Shown in pieces: positions 20,641-29,691 of a DNA stretch of 64,000 bases. The DNA is from Candidatus Wolfebacteria bacterium GW2011_GWB1_47_1 (GTDB lineage: Bacteria > Patescibacteriota > Minisyncoccia > UBA6257 > UBA9933), in the NCBI GenBank assembly GCA_001029635.1, contig CP011209.1, forward strand, positions 551,774 through 615,773. Direction: 5' to 3'. How positions within the stretch are numbered: position 1 is the stretch's first letter; each line of letters starts with the position of its first letter. A program made the translations under genes and the position numbers. The notes under the pieces are model-generated. The model did not search any database and was not told the origin of the DNA. It worked only from the letters and a program-made list of their open reading frames with translations.

Positions 20641-21198
20641 GTGATCAAACCATTTACCCAAACTTTTGATCTCAATGAGTTGTTAAAAATTTATCCCGAG
20701 CTTACTCCGCATGCTACCGAAGAAGCCGTGTTGGTTCCCATCTTCCATGTGGTTGCTTGGCAGATCCGACTGCAACTTCTGCATCCGAGTTCTATTTTCC
20801 GGATCGGCACGAAGACAACGTATCTTTCCGAGACCGGCGAGTACGTCGTTGTAATGGATGGGAATGTCGTGTCTGTCGTCATGCGATGGATGAATGTGAA
20901 TAAGAGCAGCTTCGCCGATCTGACTAACGACGAGCGAGCTGAACTTCCTTGTCGGGGCGTCTTCCCGCCTTCTGCCATGCTTATGCTCAGGGAGCTGTCT
21001 ATTACCGGGCGCGATGAAGCAGCGGTTCGATGCGTTGCACATTTGTTTTGTCACTTTTTTGTTCGCCAGGTACTTTGCCAGTGTCAATTGCTCCCTGTCA
21101 TGAAAAATTTTGCACGAGAACTATTGAATGACCAGCCGTATCCGTGGTTCGCGCTTAAGCCGAGCGTTGCCGAGTTCTACGCCATAGTCGCTCCCTAA
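20641..21198 (+). CDS. Hypothetical protein (orphan cassette 1 of trio)
   Basis: AAGGAGG SD before GTG 20641, TTGACT at 20570 and a GGCGCC hairpin terminator at about 21225-21248. Confidence 0.7.
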   Translation: MIKPFTQTFDLNELLKIYPELTPHATEEAVLVPIFHVVAWQIRLQLLHPSSIFRIGTKTTYLSETGEYVVVMDGNVVSVVMRWMNVNKSSFADLTNDERAELPCRGVFPPSAMLMLRELSITGRDEAAVRCVAHLFCHFFVRQVLCQCQLLPVMKNFARELLNDQPYPWFALKPSVAEFYAIVAP

Positions 21199-21290
21199 TG
21201 CCGGGTGCGGTGACTGTGAGCGCAGGCGCCCTTCGAGGCGCCTTTTTTGCACCTGCTTAATCCATGCACTGAATTCTAGTTTGAACCGTG

Positions 21291-21380
21291 TGTCATTCCG
21301 AGCGAATTCGCCAGTAGGCGGAGTAGTCGAGGAATCCGTATTTGCATCACTACAGATCCCTCGGCAAGCTCGGGATGACA
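21291..21380. repeat. Palindromic REP/RPE-like element (GTCATTCCGAGC...GCTCGGGATGAC type)
   Basis: Outer inverted repeat TGTCATTCCGAGC/GCTCGGGATGACA and inner GTCGAGGAATC/GATCCCTCGGC. Confidence 0.75.
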
Positions 21381-21521
21381 TGTAACGATGGTATCTACGG
21401 TAATGTTAGAACCGTTGCAATTCAGAGTTGAATTCAAGGGTACAGTTATTGACATCTATTTTAAAAATCATTATATTATATTTAGTACTAATTATTCTAA
21501 AACGTAGTAAGGAGGTGGCTT

Positions 21522-22001
21522 ATGGGGGCAGAACTGTTTGAGCGTATGTCCGTCCGGGTCATTGCTGGAATCGATCCTGAAACGGGTAAGTTGATCCGCG
21601 CTAAAGGCTTGATCGCCGAGATCAAGACATCGGGAATCTGTACCTGTAAATACACTGTCAGCAAGCGCGAGATGTTCGGGTTCTATTATACCGAGACACT
21701 TGTATCCATCAGGGGGCCGGAGCTGGGTGGGTGGCTTGAGCGTATCGAGGTGATGCGCCCGCAGATTGCCGGTCGCGATATGGTCGAGCGGGCATTGCAT
21801 GCCGCAGGGAAGGCTTATCGCGCCGACGACAAGGATGTGATCGTGAAACTGGCCCGTGATCTTTGTCCCTGTGACGATACGTGTGGATCGCGTCAGCGGA
21901 TGCGTTTCGTCCGGGAGGCGCTTTGCGCGTATGCCGCAAGCCGGCGGGAATCAACGCTCCCCGAGATGATCCTCATGATCGAGGACTACCTTGCCCCGTA
22001 A
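21522..22001 (+). CDS. Hypothetical protein (orphan cassette 2 of trio)
   Basis: TAAGGAGGTG SD, TTGACA at 21449 and terminator GGGGCGCC-TATA-GGCGCCCC+T-run. Confidence 0.72.
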   Translation: MGAELFERMSVRVIAGIDPETGKLIRAKGLIAEIKTSGICTCKYTVSKREMFGFYYTETLVSIRGPELGGWLERIEVMRPQIAGRDMVERALHAAGKAYRADDKDVIVKLARDLCPCDDTCGSRQRMRFVREALCAYAASRRESTLPEMILMIEDYLAP

Positions 22002-22106
22002 CGAGATGGGGCGCCTATAGGCGCCCCTTTTTTTGTTGACACGCATTGCAGGAGCATTTATCGTAGAGGGTAGAACATGGTTGTATTAACGCATAGAGGG
22101 GGTTCT

Positions 22107-22586
22107 ATGAAAAAGTCTTACTTGGTGCGGGATTTTAGGGAAGAGAGTGGCCGATTGAGAGTTGCAGAAATCGCGTTTATACCTGTCTTTCATCTTGTAT
22201 GGCAGATGGCAGAAGATACCCTGTCTACCGATCAGTTTTCGAGCTTATCGGATCCGATATTCAGGGGTCACGAGGGGCACTTTAAAAAGGGTCGCTGGAA
22301 ATGCTTTTCCGATAGCTCGGAAGTCTTCATTACTCCGTATTACACAGACCTCAATATTAATATCGCTTCCGAGAGTATTATTCATATGGCTCATCGGATA
22401 GAGGTCGAGGGGATGGTTTCGGGTGCGGTGGAGAAGGCATTTTCTGCGATTGCGTTCTTTTTCAGGAAGCATGCGGCAGACAAGGCATTGTTTCATTTGT
22501 TGCACAAAAACGGGACGCAGGCGTTGGCACAGTACTGCTCCGATGTTTTACCGAGCGATGTCTGTCGGTTTTACAACCTCGGATAA
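22107..22586 (+). CDS. Hypothetical protein (orphan cassette 3 of trio)
   Basis: GAGGGGG SD before ATG 22107, TTGACA at 22036 and terminator AAGGCGCCC-TTGC-GGGCGCCTT+T-run. Confidence 0.7.
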   Translation: MKKSYLVRDFREESGRLRVAEIAFIPVFHLVWQMAEDTLSTDQFSSLSDPIFRGHEGHFKKGRWKCFSDSSEVFITPYYTDLNINIASESIIHMAHRIEVEGMVSGAVEKAFSAIAFFFRKHAADKALFHLLHKNGTQALAQYCSDVLPSDVCRFYNLG

Positions 22587-22643
22587 TACGCACAAGGCGC
22601 CCTTGCGGGCGCCTTTTTTTAAAAAATACGATATACTCATCGC

Positions 22644-23144
22644 ATGAACGATATTATCGTGGACCCTTCGGGTATCATCTTGTTCGCCAATGGGCAATAT
22701 CGCTGCGCCATTGGGAAGGGTGGCTATACGCATGACAAAGAGGAGGGAGATGGAGCCACGCCGTTCGGGAGATTTTTATTGCGGGAAGTTTATTTTCGCG
22801 CTGATCGAGTGGCTCGACCCGAGACTCAACTTCCTGTGTTTTCACTCTGCCCTGATGATGGGTGGTGTGACGATATATCACACCCCCAATACAATACAAA
22901 AATTTCGCTCGCATTTGATGGGGGTCACGAGCATCTTTGGAAAGACGATCATATTTATGACGTTATTGTGGTCATCGGATACAACGACGATCCAATTATT
23001 GTCGGCAAGGGGAGTGCTATCTTTATGCATATTGCCCGACCCGACTATTCGCCAACCGAGGGCTGTGTTGCATTGGTACAGCAGGATCTTCTCAGCGTGT
23101 TGCGTGACTGTGTTCCCGGAACCGCAATTAGAATAGGTCTGTAA
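22644..23144 (+). CDS. L,D-transpeptidase (YkuD) family protein
   Basis: EGDGATPFG and GSAIFMH...PTEGCVAL (HxxxC catalytic motif). Confidence 0.9.
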   Translation: MNDIIVDPSGIILFANGQYRCAIGKGGYTHDKEEGDGATPFGRFLLREVYFRADRVARPETQLPVFSLCPDDGWCDDISHPQYNTKISLAFDGGHEHLWKDDHIYDVIVVIGYNDDPIIVGKGSAIFMHIARPDYSPTEGCVALVQQDLLSVLRDCVPGTAIRIGL

Positions 23145-23155
23145 TAGGCCTATTG

Positions 23156-23626
23156 TTAGTAGTAATTACCAATAAAGGTTACCTGATATGCTCGTGGGTT
23201 TCGCGTTTGCAGGTCGACGAGCTTTTCTTTAATAACACCCATCTTTGATTGCGCGTGGATCACTTCTCCTGTTTCTTGAATATAGATACCAACATGGCCG
23301 ATATAGATATCCCTTTGATTATCGAACAGGCTCTCGTTGTAATGACCTTGGTCTCCTTTGAAGAAGAGGAGATCTCCAGTTTTTGCGTCGGATAGATTCT
23401 GTACCTCTGTATTATTGCGAAACGCGACCGAAGCTTGTGCTAGCGAAGAAAGGGGCAACTCTAGTGCTAGTGCCTTCTTGTAGACCCAGTATGTAAAAAA
23501 CGAACAATCAAAACCTTCTGGCTCCGTCTTGATATGCGCGTCTCGATATGCGCCATATTTATAAGGGAGTCCCAAATATTGCTCTGCTTTTTTTATTATT
23601 AATGCGCTTTTAATATGACGTTCCAT
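23156..23626 (-). CDS. NlpC/P60 (C40) peptidase
   Basis: LGLPYKYG, GFDCS, GDLLFF and GHVGIY...IHA. Confidence 0.92.
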   Translation of the reverse strand: MERHIKSALIIKKAEQYLGLPYKYGAYRDAHIKTEPEGFDCSFFTYWVYKKALALELPLSSLAQASVAFRNNTEVQNLSDAKTGDLLFFKGDQGHYNESLFDNQRDIYIGHVGIYIQETGEVIHAQSKMGVIKEKLVDLQTRNPRAYQVTFIGNYY

Positions 23627-23743
23627 GACTTTTATTGTAGTTTGCTTTTGTTCATAAATGCAACAGCTCGCTTAGTTGCTTTATTGTCGCTCGGGTATTA
23701 TTCTCAATTCAGATATTATTATATATACATATAGGAGGTTATC

Positions 23744-24286
23744 GTGGAGGATATCGAGGAATATATCACGTACTCATTTCCGCTGTCTCGATCGCCCTCT
23801 TTTTGGGAGAGGGTAGCGTTTCGCATGTTGGTCTGTAAGGCTCATAATGAGAGTTTGTACCGAATCGGTCCCTTTTGGGCGTGCGAAAGCCCCGAATCGC
23901 ATATCGGGGCTTCTTGTTGGGCCGTCGATTTTCTGGCGCCGAATGGAGTTCCCGTGTTTGCGTCGGCTAACGGGGTCGTTGTTGCGGTAAAATTGGACTC
24001 TCGAGAAGGGGGGCGCGATGAACGCTTTGCCGATATGGCGAACTTCGTTGTTATCGATCACGGAGGAGAGTTTTCGCAGTACTGTCATCTCGCTCCCGCG
24101 GTACGGGGTATTTTTCGGAAAGGGCCTGTTCCGTTCGTGGGGAAGATGGTGCGCAGGGGAGAGTGTATTGGCCACGTTGGAAGAACCGGATGGACAACCA
24201 TCGATCACCTGCACTTCATGGTGTTTCGATGCGACGGAAGTCCTAAGGGATTTAACAGTGTGCGAGTACGCTTCTCTCGCTATTGA
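23744..24286 (+). CDS. M23 family metallopeptidase
   Basis: H...AVDF, PVFASANGVV, YCHL and GRTGWTTIDHLHF. AGGAGG SD. Confidence 0.9.
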   Translation: MEDIEEYITYSFPLSRSPSFWERVAFRMLVCKAHNESLYRIGPFWACESPESHIGASCWAVDFLAPNGVPVFASANGVVVAVKLDSREGGRDERFADMANFVVIDHGGEFSQYCHLAPAVRGIFRKGPVPFVGKMVRRGECIGHVGRTGWTTIDHLHFMVFRCDGSPKGFNSVRVRFSRY

Positions 24287-24358
24287 CATTTCTTATATAA
24301 TGTTGTATATAAGTATTAAGTATCATATACTTCTATATTTGTACGAAGGAGAAAAGTT

Positions 24359-24556
24359 ATGTTAATTGTTTCCCTGGTAGTGTTTTCCATTCTTTCATTG
24401 GTGCTCGCTAAGGTAACTGCTGCCCGCGCTAAGGAATATTCGACGAGTAATGAGATCGAGGTCCGACGGACCGCAATGAGCCTTAAGCTCGGAGTCTTCA
24501 TTCTGGTCGTATTGTCTTGCTGTGGCATAGGCCTCGCGTTTTCTCTGGTCTTTTAG
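24359..24556 (+). CDS. Small two-TM hypothetical protein (orphan cassette)
   Basis: AAGGAG SD, TTGACA at about 24284 and terminator GCGCACAC-TTC-GTGTGCGC+T-run. Confidence 0.65.
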   Translation: MLIVSLVVFSILSLVLAKVTAARAKEYSTSNEIEVRRTAMSLKLGVFILVVLSCCGIGLAFSLVF

Positions 24557-24699
24557 CCGAGAGCAAAAAGATCTTGTTTGAATCGCATGGGCGCACACTT
24601 CGTGTGCGCTTTTTTATATGAAGCATGCCCAGTCATCGCTCCCTTTACAAAATCCATCATTCTTTGTTATACTATCTAAACTGTGTTAACAGCATTCAT

Positions 24700-24771
24700 C
24701 GCGGGTTAGAGGAACGGTTACCTCGTAAGGCTCATAACCTTGAGAACCGGGTTCGACTCCCGGACCCGCAA
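24700..24771 (+). tRNA. tRNA-Met(CAT), probably initiator
   Basis: CGCGGG...CTCATAA...GGTTCGACTCC...CCCGCAA with a C1xA72 mismatch. Confidence 0.9.
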
Positions 24772-24795
24772 CAAGCGATCGGAACAGAAGAATAT

Positions 24796-24872
24796 GGCTG
24801 GGTAGCTCAGTTGGTTAGAGCGTAGCACTCATAACGCTAAGGTCGTGGGTCCGATCCCCACCCCAGCCACCA
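24796..24872 (+). tRNA. tRNA with CAT anticodon (elongator Met most likely; Ile2 not excluded)
   Basis: GGCTGGGTAGCTCAGTTGGTTAGAGC...CTCATAA...CCCAGCCACCA, with an atypical T-loop TCCGATC. Confidence 0.9.
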
Positions 24873-24927
24873 GTCACACAAACACCGCCTTGAGGCGGTG
24901 TTTGTGTATATGCTATCGTATAGGTAT

Positions 24928-25779
24928 ATGGAGATATTGTTGTATATATTCGCATCGATTGCCGGCATCGCGCTTGTCGGATTTTTATATACTCAAAACA
25001 AGGACTTGGTGGTGTCCAGGCATCGATTAAGTTTCGAGTATCTGCCAAAGGAATTTGATGAATTCAAAATCGTGCATTTGTCGGATCTCCATAACAAGCG
25101 ATTTGGTGCGAGGCAAGCCCGACTAATCGAAGCGGTTCGTAAAGTAAAGCCGGATATTATCGTGATCACCGGTGATATCGTCGACTATCTTTTGTATCGA
25201 CCGGAACCTACGCTTAAGCTTGTTCGCGGATTGCGTGATGTTGCACCCATCTATTATGTATCAGGTAATCACGAATGGGCGCGACCGGAGTATCCTGCGT
25301 TTAAGGAGCAACTGATCGAGTCGGGTGTACACGTGTTGGATAATCGTGTTGCCGTGATTGATCGAGGCGGCAAAATGCTCGCGATCGCCGGCATTGATGA
25401 TTATGCGCGATATGGCAACCAACCCGATATTAAAAAGATCCTGCACCGCACGCTGACCGAGGTTCGTGATCAAGTGGACGAACGTGCGTTTAAGATTCTC
25501 CTCGTACACCGCCCCGAACTCTTGCGGGAGTATGTCGAGCATCACTTTAATTTGATCTTTGCCGGGCACGCACATGGCGGTCAGTGGAACCTACCAGGTC
25601 TTGGGCCGATCTACGCACCGGGGCAGGGACTCTTTCCTCGGCTCGTTTCGGGAATTCATCGGCGACACAACGTGCGCATCGTGATCAGCCGCGGCATCGG
25701 GAATAGTGGCATCCTTGCGTTCCAGCGTCTGTTCAATAAGCCCGAAGTGATCGTTGTTATATTGAATAAACCTTTGTAA
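24928..25779 (+). CDS. Metallophosphoesterase (YkuE/YaeI-like)
   Basis: DLH, GDIVD, GNHE, H.P and GHAHGGQ motifs. Confidence 0.93.
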   Translation: MEILLYIFASIAGIALVGFLYTQNKDLVVSRHRLSFEYLPKEFDEFKIVHLSDLHNKRFGARQARLIEAVRKVKPDIIVITGDIVDYLLYRPEPTLKLVRGLRDVAPIYYVSGNHEWARPEYPAFKEQLIESGVHVLDNRVAVIDRGGKMLAIAGIDDYARYGNQPDIKKILHRTLTEVRDQVDERAFKILLVHRPELLREYVEHHFNLIFAGHAHGGQWNLPGLGPIYAPGQGLFPRLVSGIHRRHNVRIVISRGIGNSGILAFQRLFNKPEVIVVILNKPL

Positions 25780-25799
25780 CTGTGCTATACATAAACCAT

Positions 25800-27050
25800 A
25801 TGCGCCAATCACAACTGTTCACTAAAACACGAAAAGAAGCACCAAAAGACGAAGAATCAAAGAATGCCCAGCTGCTGATCCGCGCGGGGTATGTTGATAA
25901 ATTAATGGCAGGAGCCTATACCTTTTTGCCGCTTGGATTTCGCGTATTTAAAAACATCGAGAATATTATTCGCGAAGAAATGCAGGCTTTGGGCGCTCAG
26001 GAAATCCTCATGCCGTCATTGCAGCCGAAGGAAAATTGGGTAGCAACTGGACGATGGGATGCATTGGACAACTTATTCCGCTTCACAAGCCACTACTCAA
26101 AAAATGAGTACGCATTAGGAGCGACGCATGAGGAGATTATCTCTCCGTTGATGAAGGATTTTCTCTTTTCCTATAAAGATATGCCGGTTGGCGTGTTTCA
26201 GATTCAGAACAAGTTTCGTGACGAGAAACGCGCGAAGTCGGGATTGTTGCGCGGACGAGAATTTTTTATGAAGGACCTCTATTCGTTTCATGCGAACGAG
26301 GAGGATATGGATGCTTATTATCTCAAAGTGAAGGATGCCTATATCCGCATCTTCGAGCGAGCGGGGCTTGGTGATATCACCTATTTCACCTATGCGTCGG
26401 GAGGAACGTTTTCGAAATATTCACACGAGTTCCAGACATTAACCGATGCGGGTGAGGATATCATTTACATCTGCGATCATTGCAAAGTTGCCATCAATGA
26501 CGAGATTATCACGGAGCAATCGACTTGTCCCGAGTGCGGTAATGCCGATCTACGCAAGGAGAAGGCGGTCGAAGTTGGTAACATCTTCAAACTGAAAACA
26601 AAATACTCTTCTGTGTTTGGATTGAACTATAAGGATATGGAGAATGCCGAGTGTGCGGTTATCATGGGGTGTTATGGGATCGGATTGAATCGTCTTATGG
26701 GCACCATCGTCGAGGCGTATCATGATGAGTATGGTATCATCTGGCCAGAGAGTGTTGCGCCGTATCGCGTGCATTTGGTCAATCTGCATGTGCACAATGA
26801 GGAGACTTCCGCTTTTGCCGAAGAAATCTACGCTGCTTTACAGGGAGCGGGGGTTGCGGTATTATATGATGACCGTAGAGAAGCGGGTATCGGAGAAAAA
26901 CTGAAGGACAGTGACCTCATCGGAATTCCGTTGCGGGCCATTGTCAGTGAAAAGAACGGGGCACAGATCGAAGTAAAGAAGCGAAAGGAATCTGCAGCGC
27001 ACATGGTTACGAAGGAACAATTGCTTGGGTTGTTGGCGGCTAATAATTGA
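25800..27050 (+). CDS. proS: Proline--tRNA ligase (short form, no editing domain)
   Basis: MRQSQLF, THEE, KFRDEKR..GLLRGREF.MKDLYSF and MGCYGIG. Confidence 0.96.
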   Translation: MRQSQLFTKTRKEAPKDEESKNAQLLIRAGYVDKLMAGAYTFLPLGFRVFKNIENIIREEMQALGAQEILMPSLQPKENWVATGRWDALDNLFRFTSHYSKNEYALGATHEEIISPLMKDFLFSYKDMPVGVFQIQNKFRDEKRAKSGLLRGREFFMKDLYSFHANEEDMDAYYLKVKDAYIRIFERAGLGDITYFTYASGGTFSKYSHEFQTLTDAGEDIIYICDHCKVAINDEIITEQSTCPECGNADLRKEKAVEVGNIFKLKTKYSSVFGLNYKDMENAECAVIMGCYGIGLNRLMGTIVEAYHDEYGIIWPESVAPYRVHLVNLHVHNEETSAFAEEIYAALQGAGVAVLYDDRREAGIGEKLKDSDLIGIPLRAIVSEKNGAQIEVKKRKESAAHMVTKEQLLGLLAANN

Positions 27051-27150
27051 TAGCGGGCCGTGAACCAATAACCGTGAGTGCGATATAGCCACTGTGGTTT
27101 ATTTTGAAAAATGACAGACGGAAATCATAATCAGTCAGTGAAATAAAGAA

Positions 27151-28194
27151 ATGGGATTGTTCAATTATTTTGTAAAGGATATCGGAATCGATCTGGGAAC
27201 TGCCAATTCGCTTGTATATATCAAGGAGCGTGGCATTATCATTAATGAGCCTTCGATCGCGGCGATGAATAACAAGACCGGGCAGGTGCTTGCTATCGGC
27301 GAAGAGGCTAAAAAAATGTTAGGGCGTACGCCCGCGCATATTACCGTCGTAAAGCCGCTCGTCAATGGAGTTATTTCTGACTTTGAAATGGCACAGGAGA
27401 TGTTGCGTTATTTTTTGAAGCGCGTAAACAACAATCGGATGTTCAGCTATCATCGTGCTGTCATCGGCATTCCGCCCAATTTGACCGAGGTGGAACGTAA
27501 GTCTGTTGAGGATGCCGCTATCAATGCGGGCGCGGCAAAGGCATTCCTTGTGGAGGAGCCGATCGCAGCGGCGCTGGGTGCGCGATTGCCGATTCAAGAA
27601 GCCATGGCCACCATGATTGTTGATATTGGAGGAGGTACGACTGACATTGCCATTATTTCGATGGGGAGTAGTGTCATCAGTCGCAGTTTGAAGGTTGCCG
27701 GCGATAAGTTGAACGATGATATTATCAAATTCGTTCGGGAAGAGTTCAAACTTATGATCGGCGAGCCAACCGCAGAAGAACTGAAAAAAACCATTGGCTC
27801 GGCCATTCCAATGGAAGAGCGCATGGAGCTTGCGATCCGCGGTCGTGATATGGGGACGGGATTGCCACGCGAGGTCATCGTAAAAAATACCCAGATCCGC
27901 GCCGCCATTGGTCGTTCATTGCGACAGATTGTCGAATGCGTTAAAGAGACTATTGAAAAGACTCCGCCCGAGCTGGTGGGTGATATCTATGAGCGCGGTA
28001 TCTATTTGTGTGGAGGCGGGAGTCTCTTGCGCGGCATCGATCAGCTCATTGAAAAAGAAGTGACAGTGCCGGTAACGGTTATCGACGACCCACTTACGGC
28101 GGTCGTGAGAGGAACCGGCGTTATCGCCGAGGATATCGATGCGTATGCACAGCTGTTTGTTACGTCGTTGAAGCCATTGGACATCAACATTTAA
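27151..28194 (+). CDS. mreB: Rod shape-determining protein MreB
   Basis: IGIDLGTAN, EEPIAAALGA, DIGGGTT and GGGSLL. Confidence 0.97.
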   Translation: MGLFNYFVKDIGIDLGTANSLVYIKERGIIINEPSIAAMNNKTGQVLAIGEEAKKMLGRTPAHITVVKPLVNGVISDFEMAQEMLRYFLKRVNNNRMFSYHRAVIGIPPNLTEVERKSVEDAAINAGAAKAFLVEEPIAAALGARLPIQEAMATMIVDIGGGTTDIAIISMGSSVISRSLKVAGDKLNDDIIKFVREEFKLMIGEPTAEELKKTIGSAIPMEERMELAIRGRDMGTGLPREVIVKNTQIRAAIGRSLRQIVECVKETIEKTPPELVGDIYERGIYLCGGGSLLRGIDQLIEKEVTVPVTVIDDPLTAVVRGTGVIAEDIDAYAQLFVTSLKPLDINI

Positions 28195-28319
28195 TAAAAT
28201 TCATTCTATTGGCCAATTACTTTGTTGCGGGCCCCTGTCGTCTCGGTCGGAGTACTATTCGTACACCTTCCTCGATAACTTTCCCGCGTCGCGTACTTTG
28301 CTCAATAGAATGAATTTTA
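28195..28319. repeat. Structured intergenic element, copy A
   Basis: Perfect 17-bp terminal inverted repeat and a core shared with 32548-32672 and 63373-63498. Confidence 0.8.
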
Positions 28320-28355
28320 ACTCTAAAAATAAGTTTTGTTATGTAGTTAAACGCC

Positions 28356-29042
28356 ATGAAAAGAATCGTTCTTATAAGTTTCACCGCAATTATTCTTATC
28401 GTAACATTCTTCTCGGGGATCTTTATTCCTAAGCGTGCATTTGTTGTCTCGGTTAATTTTGCGAAGCAATACTTGCGAACCGATTTCTACCAGGAAAACG
28501 TCCTCCTGAAGTTGCAAAACGAAAATCTGAAGGCGCAATTGCAGCGCGTGCAGGATGTTCCTGATGGTGGGGTAATATTCGATGAACATCGGTCTGATCG
28601 TATCGCGGCGAACGTCTTCTCTACATATCCGTTCAATATGAAGGATACAATCTCCGTCGATCGGGGATCGAGTGATGGTGTTGCCAATGCGATGGTTGCG
28701 ACGGTCGCGGATTCCATTCTGCTCGGGCAGGTGACCGGAGTACGTGAACATTCGTCGGTTGTGCGGACTATCTTTGATTCTCATTGGCAATTGCCGGTGC
28801 GGATCGGCCCAGATAATATTAATGGTCTTTTTGAAGGAGGGAATGATCCAAAGGTTGTCTTAGTCGAAAAGCAGATCAAGGTGGGTGATGGCGTCTTCTC
28901 TGCCGCGAAAGAATTTCCCATGGGGATCAAGATCGGGGAGATAAAGGAAATAAAGGAGGAAGCCGGAGGGATTTTTAAGGAGGCAACCATTCGAACTCCC
29001 TATAGTATCGGAGAAGTGCGGGCCATTTTTTTAGAACAATAA
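28356..29042 (+). CDS. mreC: Rod shape-determining protein MreC
   Basis: TM plus coiled coil (ENxxLK), VDRGSSDGV, LLGQV and FPMGIKIGEI; follows mreB. Confidence 0.9.
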   Translation: MKRIVLISFTAIILIVTFFSGIFIPKRAFVVSVNFAKQYLRTDFYQENVLLKLQNENLKAQLQRVQDVPDGGVIFDEHRSDRIAANVFSTYPFNMKDTISVDRGSSDGVANAMVATVADSILLGQVTGVREHSSVVRTIFDSHWQLPVRIGPDNINGLFEGGNDPKVVLVEKQIKVGDGVFSAAKEFPMGIKIGEIKEIKEEAGGIFKEATIRTPYSIGEVRAIFLEQ

Positions 29043-29068
29043 GGATGCTATTGTTCTGTAATGTTGCA

Positions 29069-29096
29069 TTGACAAGTATCCGTGTATTTTTATAAT
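29069..29096 (+). promoter_or_regulatory. Consensus sigma70 promoter of grpE-dnaK
   Basis: TTGACA-16 nt-TATAAT. Confidence 0.75.
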
Positions 29097-29128
29097 CAAA
29101 ACAAAACTCTAGAAATAGTCACATTTGC

Positions 29129-29626
29129 ATGGAAGACACAACACAATATACAAACGGATCGGAGGATTCGAATAACCCTGTGGATAGTTCTCATACCGAC
29201 CAGCTTACTAAGGAGCGGGATGAATACCTCGATGGGTGGCAGCGTTCTCGTGCTGAATTGGTGAACTATAAAAAGGATGAAGCCAAGCGACTTGATGATA
29301 TGATGAAGCTCGCCAATGGTGCTCTTATCAGGGATCTGATTATGGTTATTGATAATTTCGAACTTGCCATCATGGCTATGGAGAAGCAGGGCAGCGTTGA
29401 AAAGGGAATTTATCTTATTAAGGCGCAGCTCGAAGATATCCTCAAGCAGTATGGACTCGAGAAGATGCCGATTACGGTTGGTGAACAATTTGATCCGACC
29501 AAACATGAAGCAGTCGCATCGATCGAATCGGAACTTTCCCCTGATTCCGTCGTTGAGGAAGTTGAGCGCGGCTATTATCTGCATGGCAAGCTTATCCGCC
29601 CCTCGCGCGTAAAGGTTGCGCGATGA
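29129..29626 (+). CDS. grpE: Nucleotide exchange factor GrpE
   Basis: QRSRAELVNYKK, FDPTKHEAV and GYYLHGKLIRPSRVKV. Confidence 0.96.
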   Translation: MEDTTQYTNGSEDSNNPVDSSHTDQLTKERDEYLDGWQRSRAELVNYKKDEAKRLDDMMKLANGALIRDLIMVIDNFELAIMAMEKQGSVEKGIYLIKAQLEDILKQYGLEKMPITVGEQFDPTKHEAVASIESELSPDSVVEEVERGYYLHGKLIRPSRVKVAR

Positions 29627-29691
29627 TCGACGATCAACAACTTACGATAAAAATTCAAATAATTTTTCTAAAAAATATTTAATTAGTAATT

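Noticed and set aside
29043-29691. CIRCE (HrcA) operator before grpE/dnaK
   Set aside because: No TTAGCACTC-N9-GAGTGCTAA was found.
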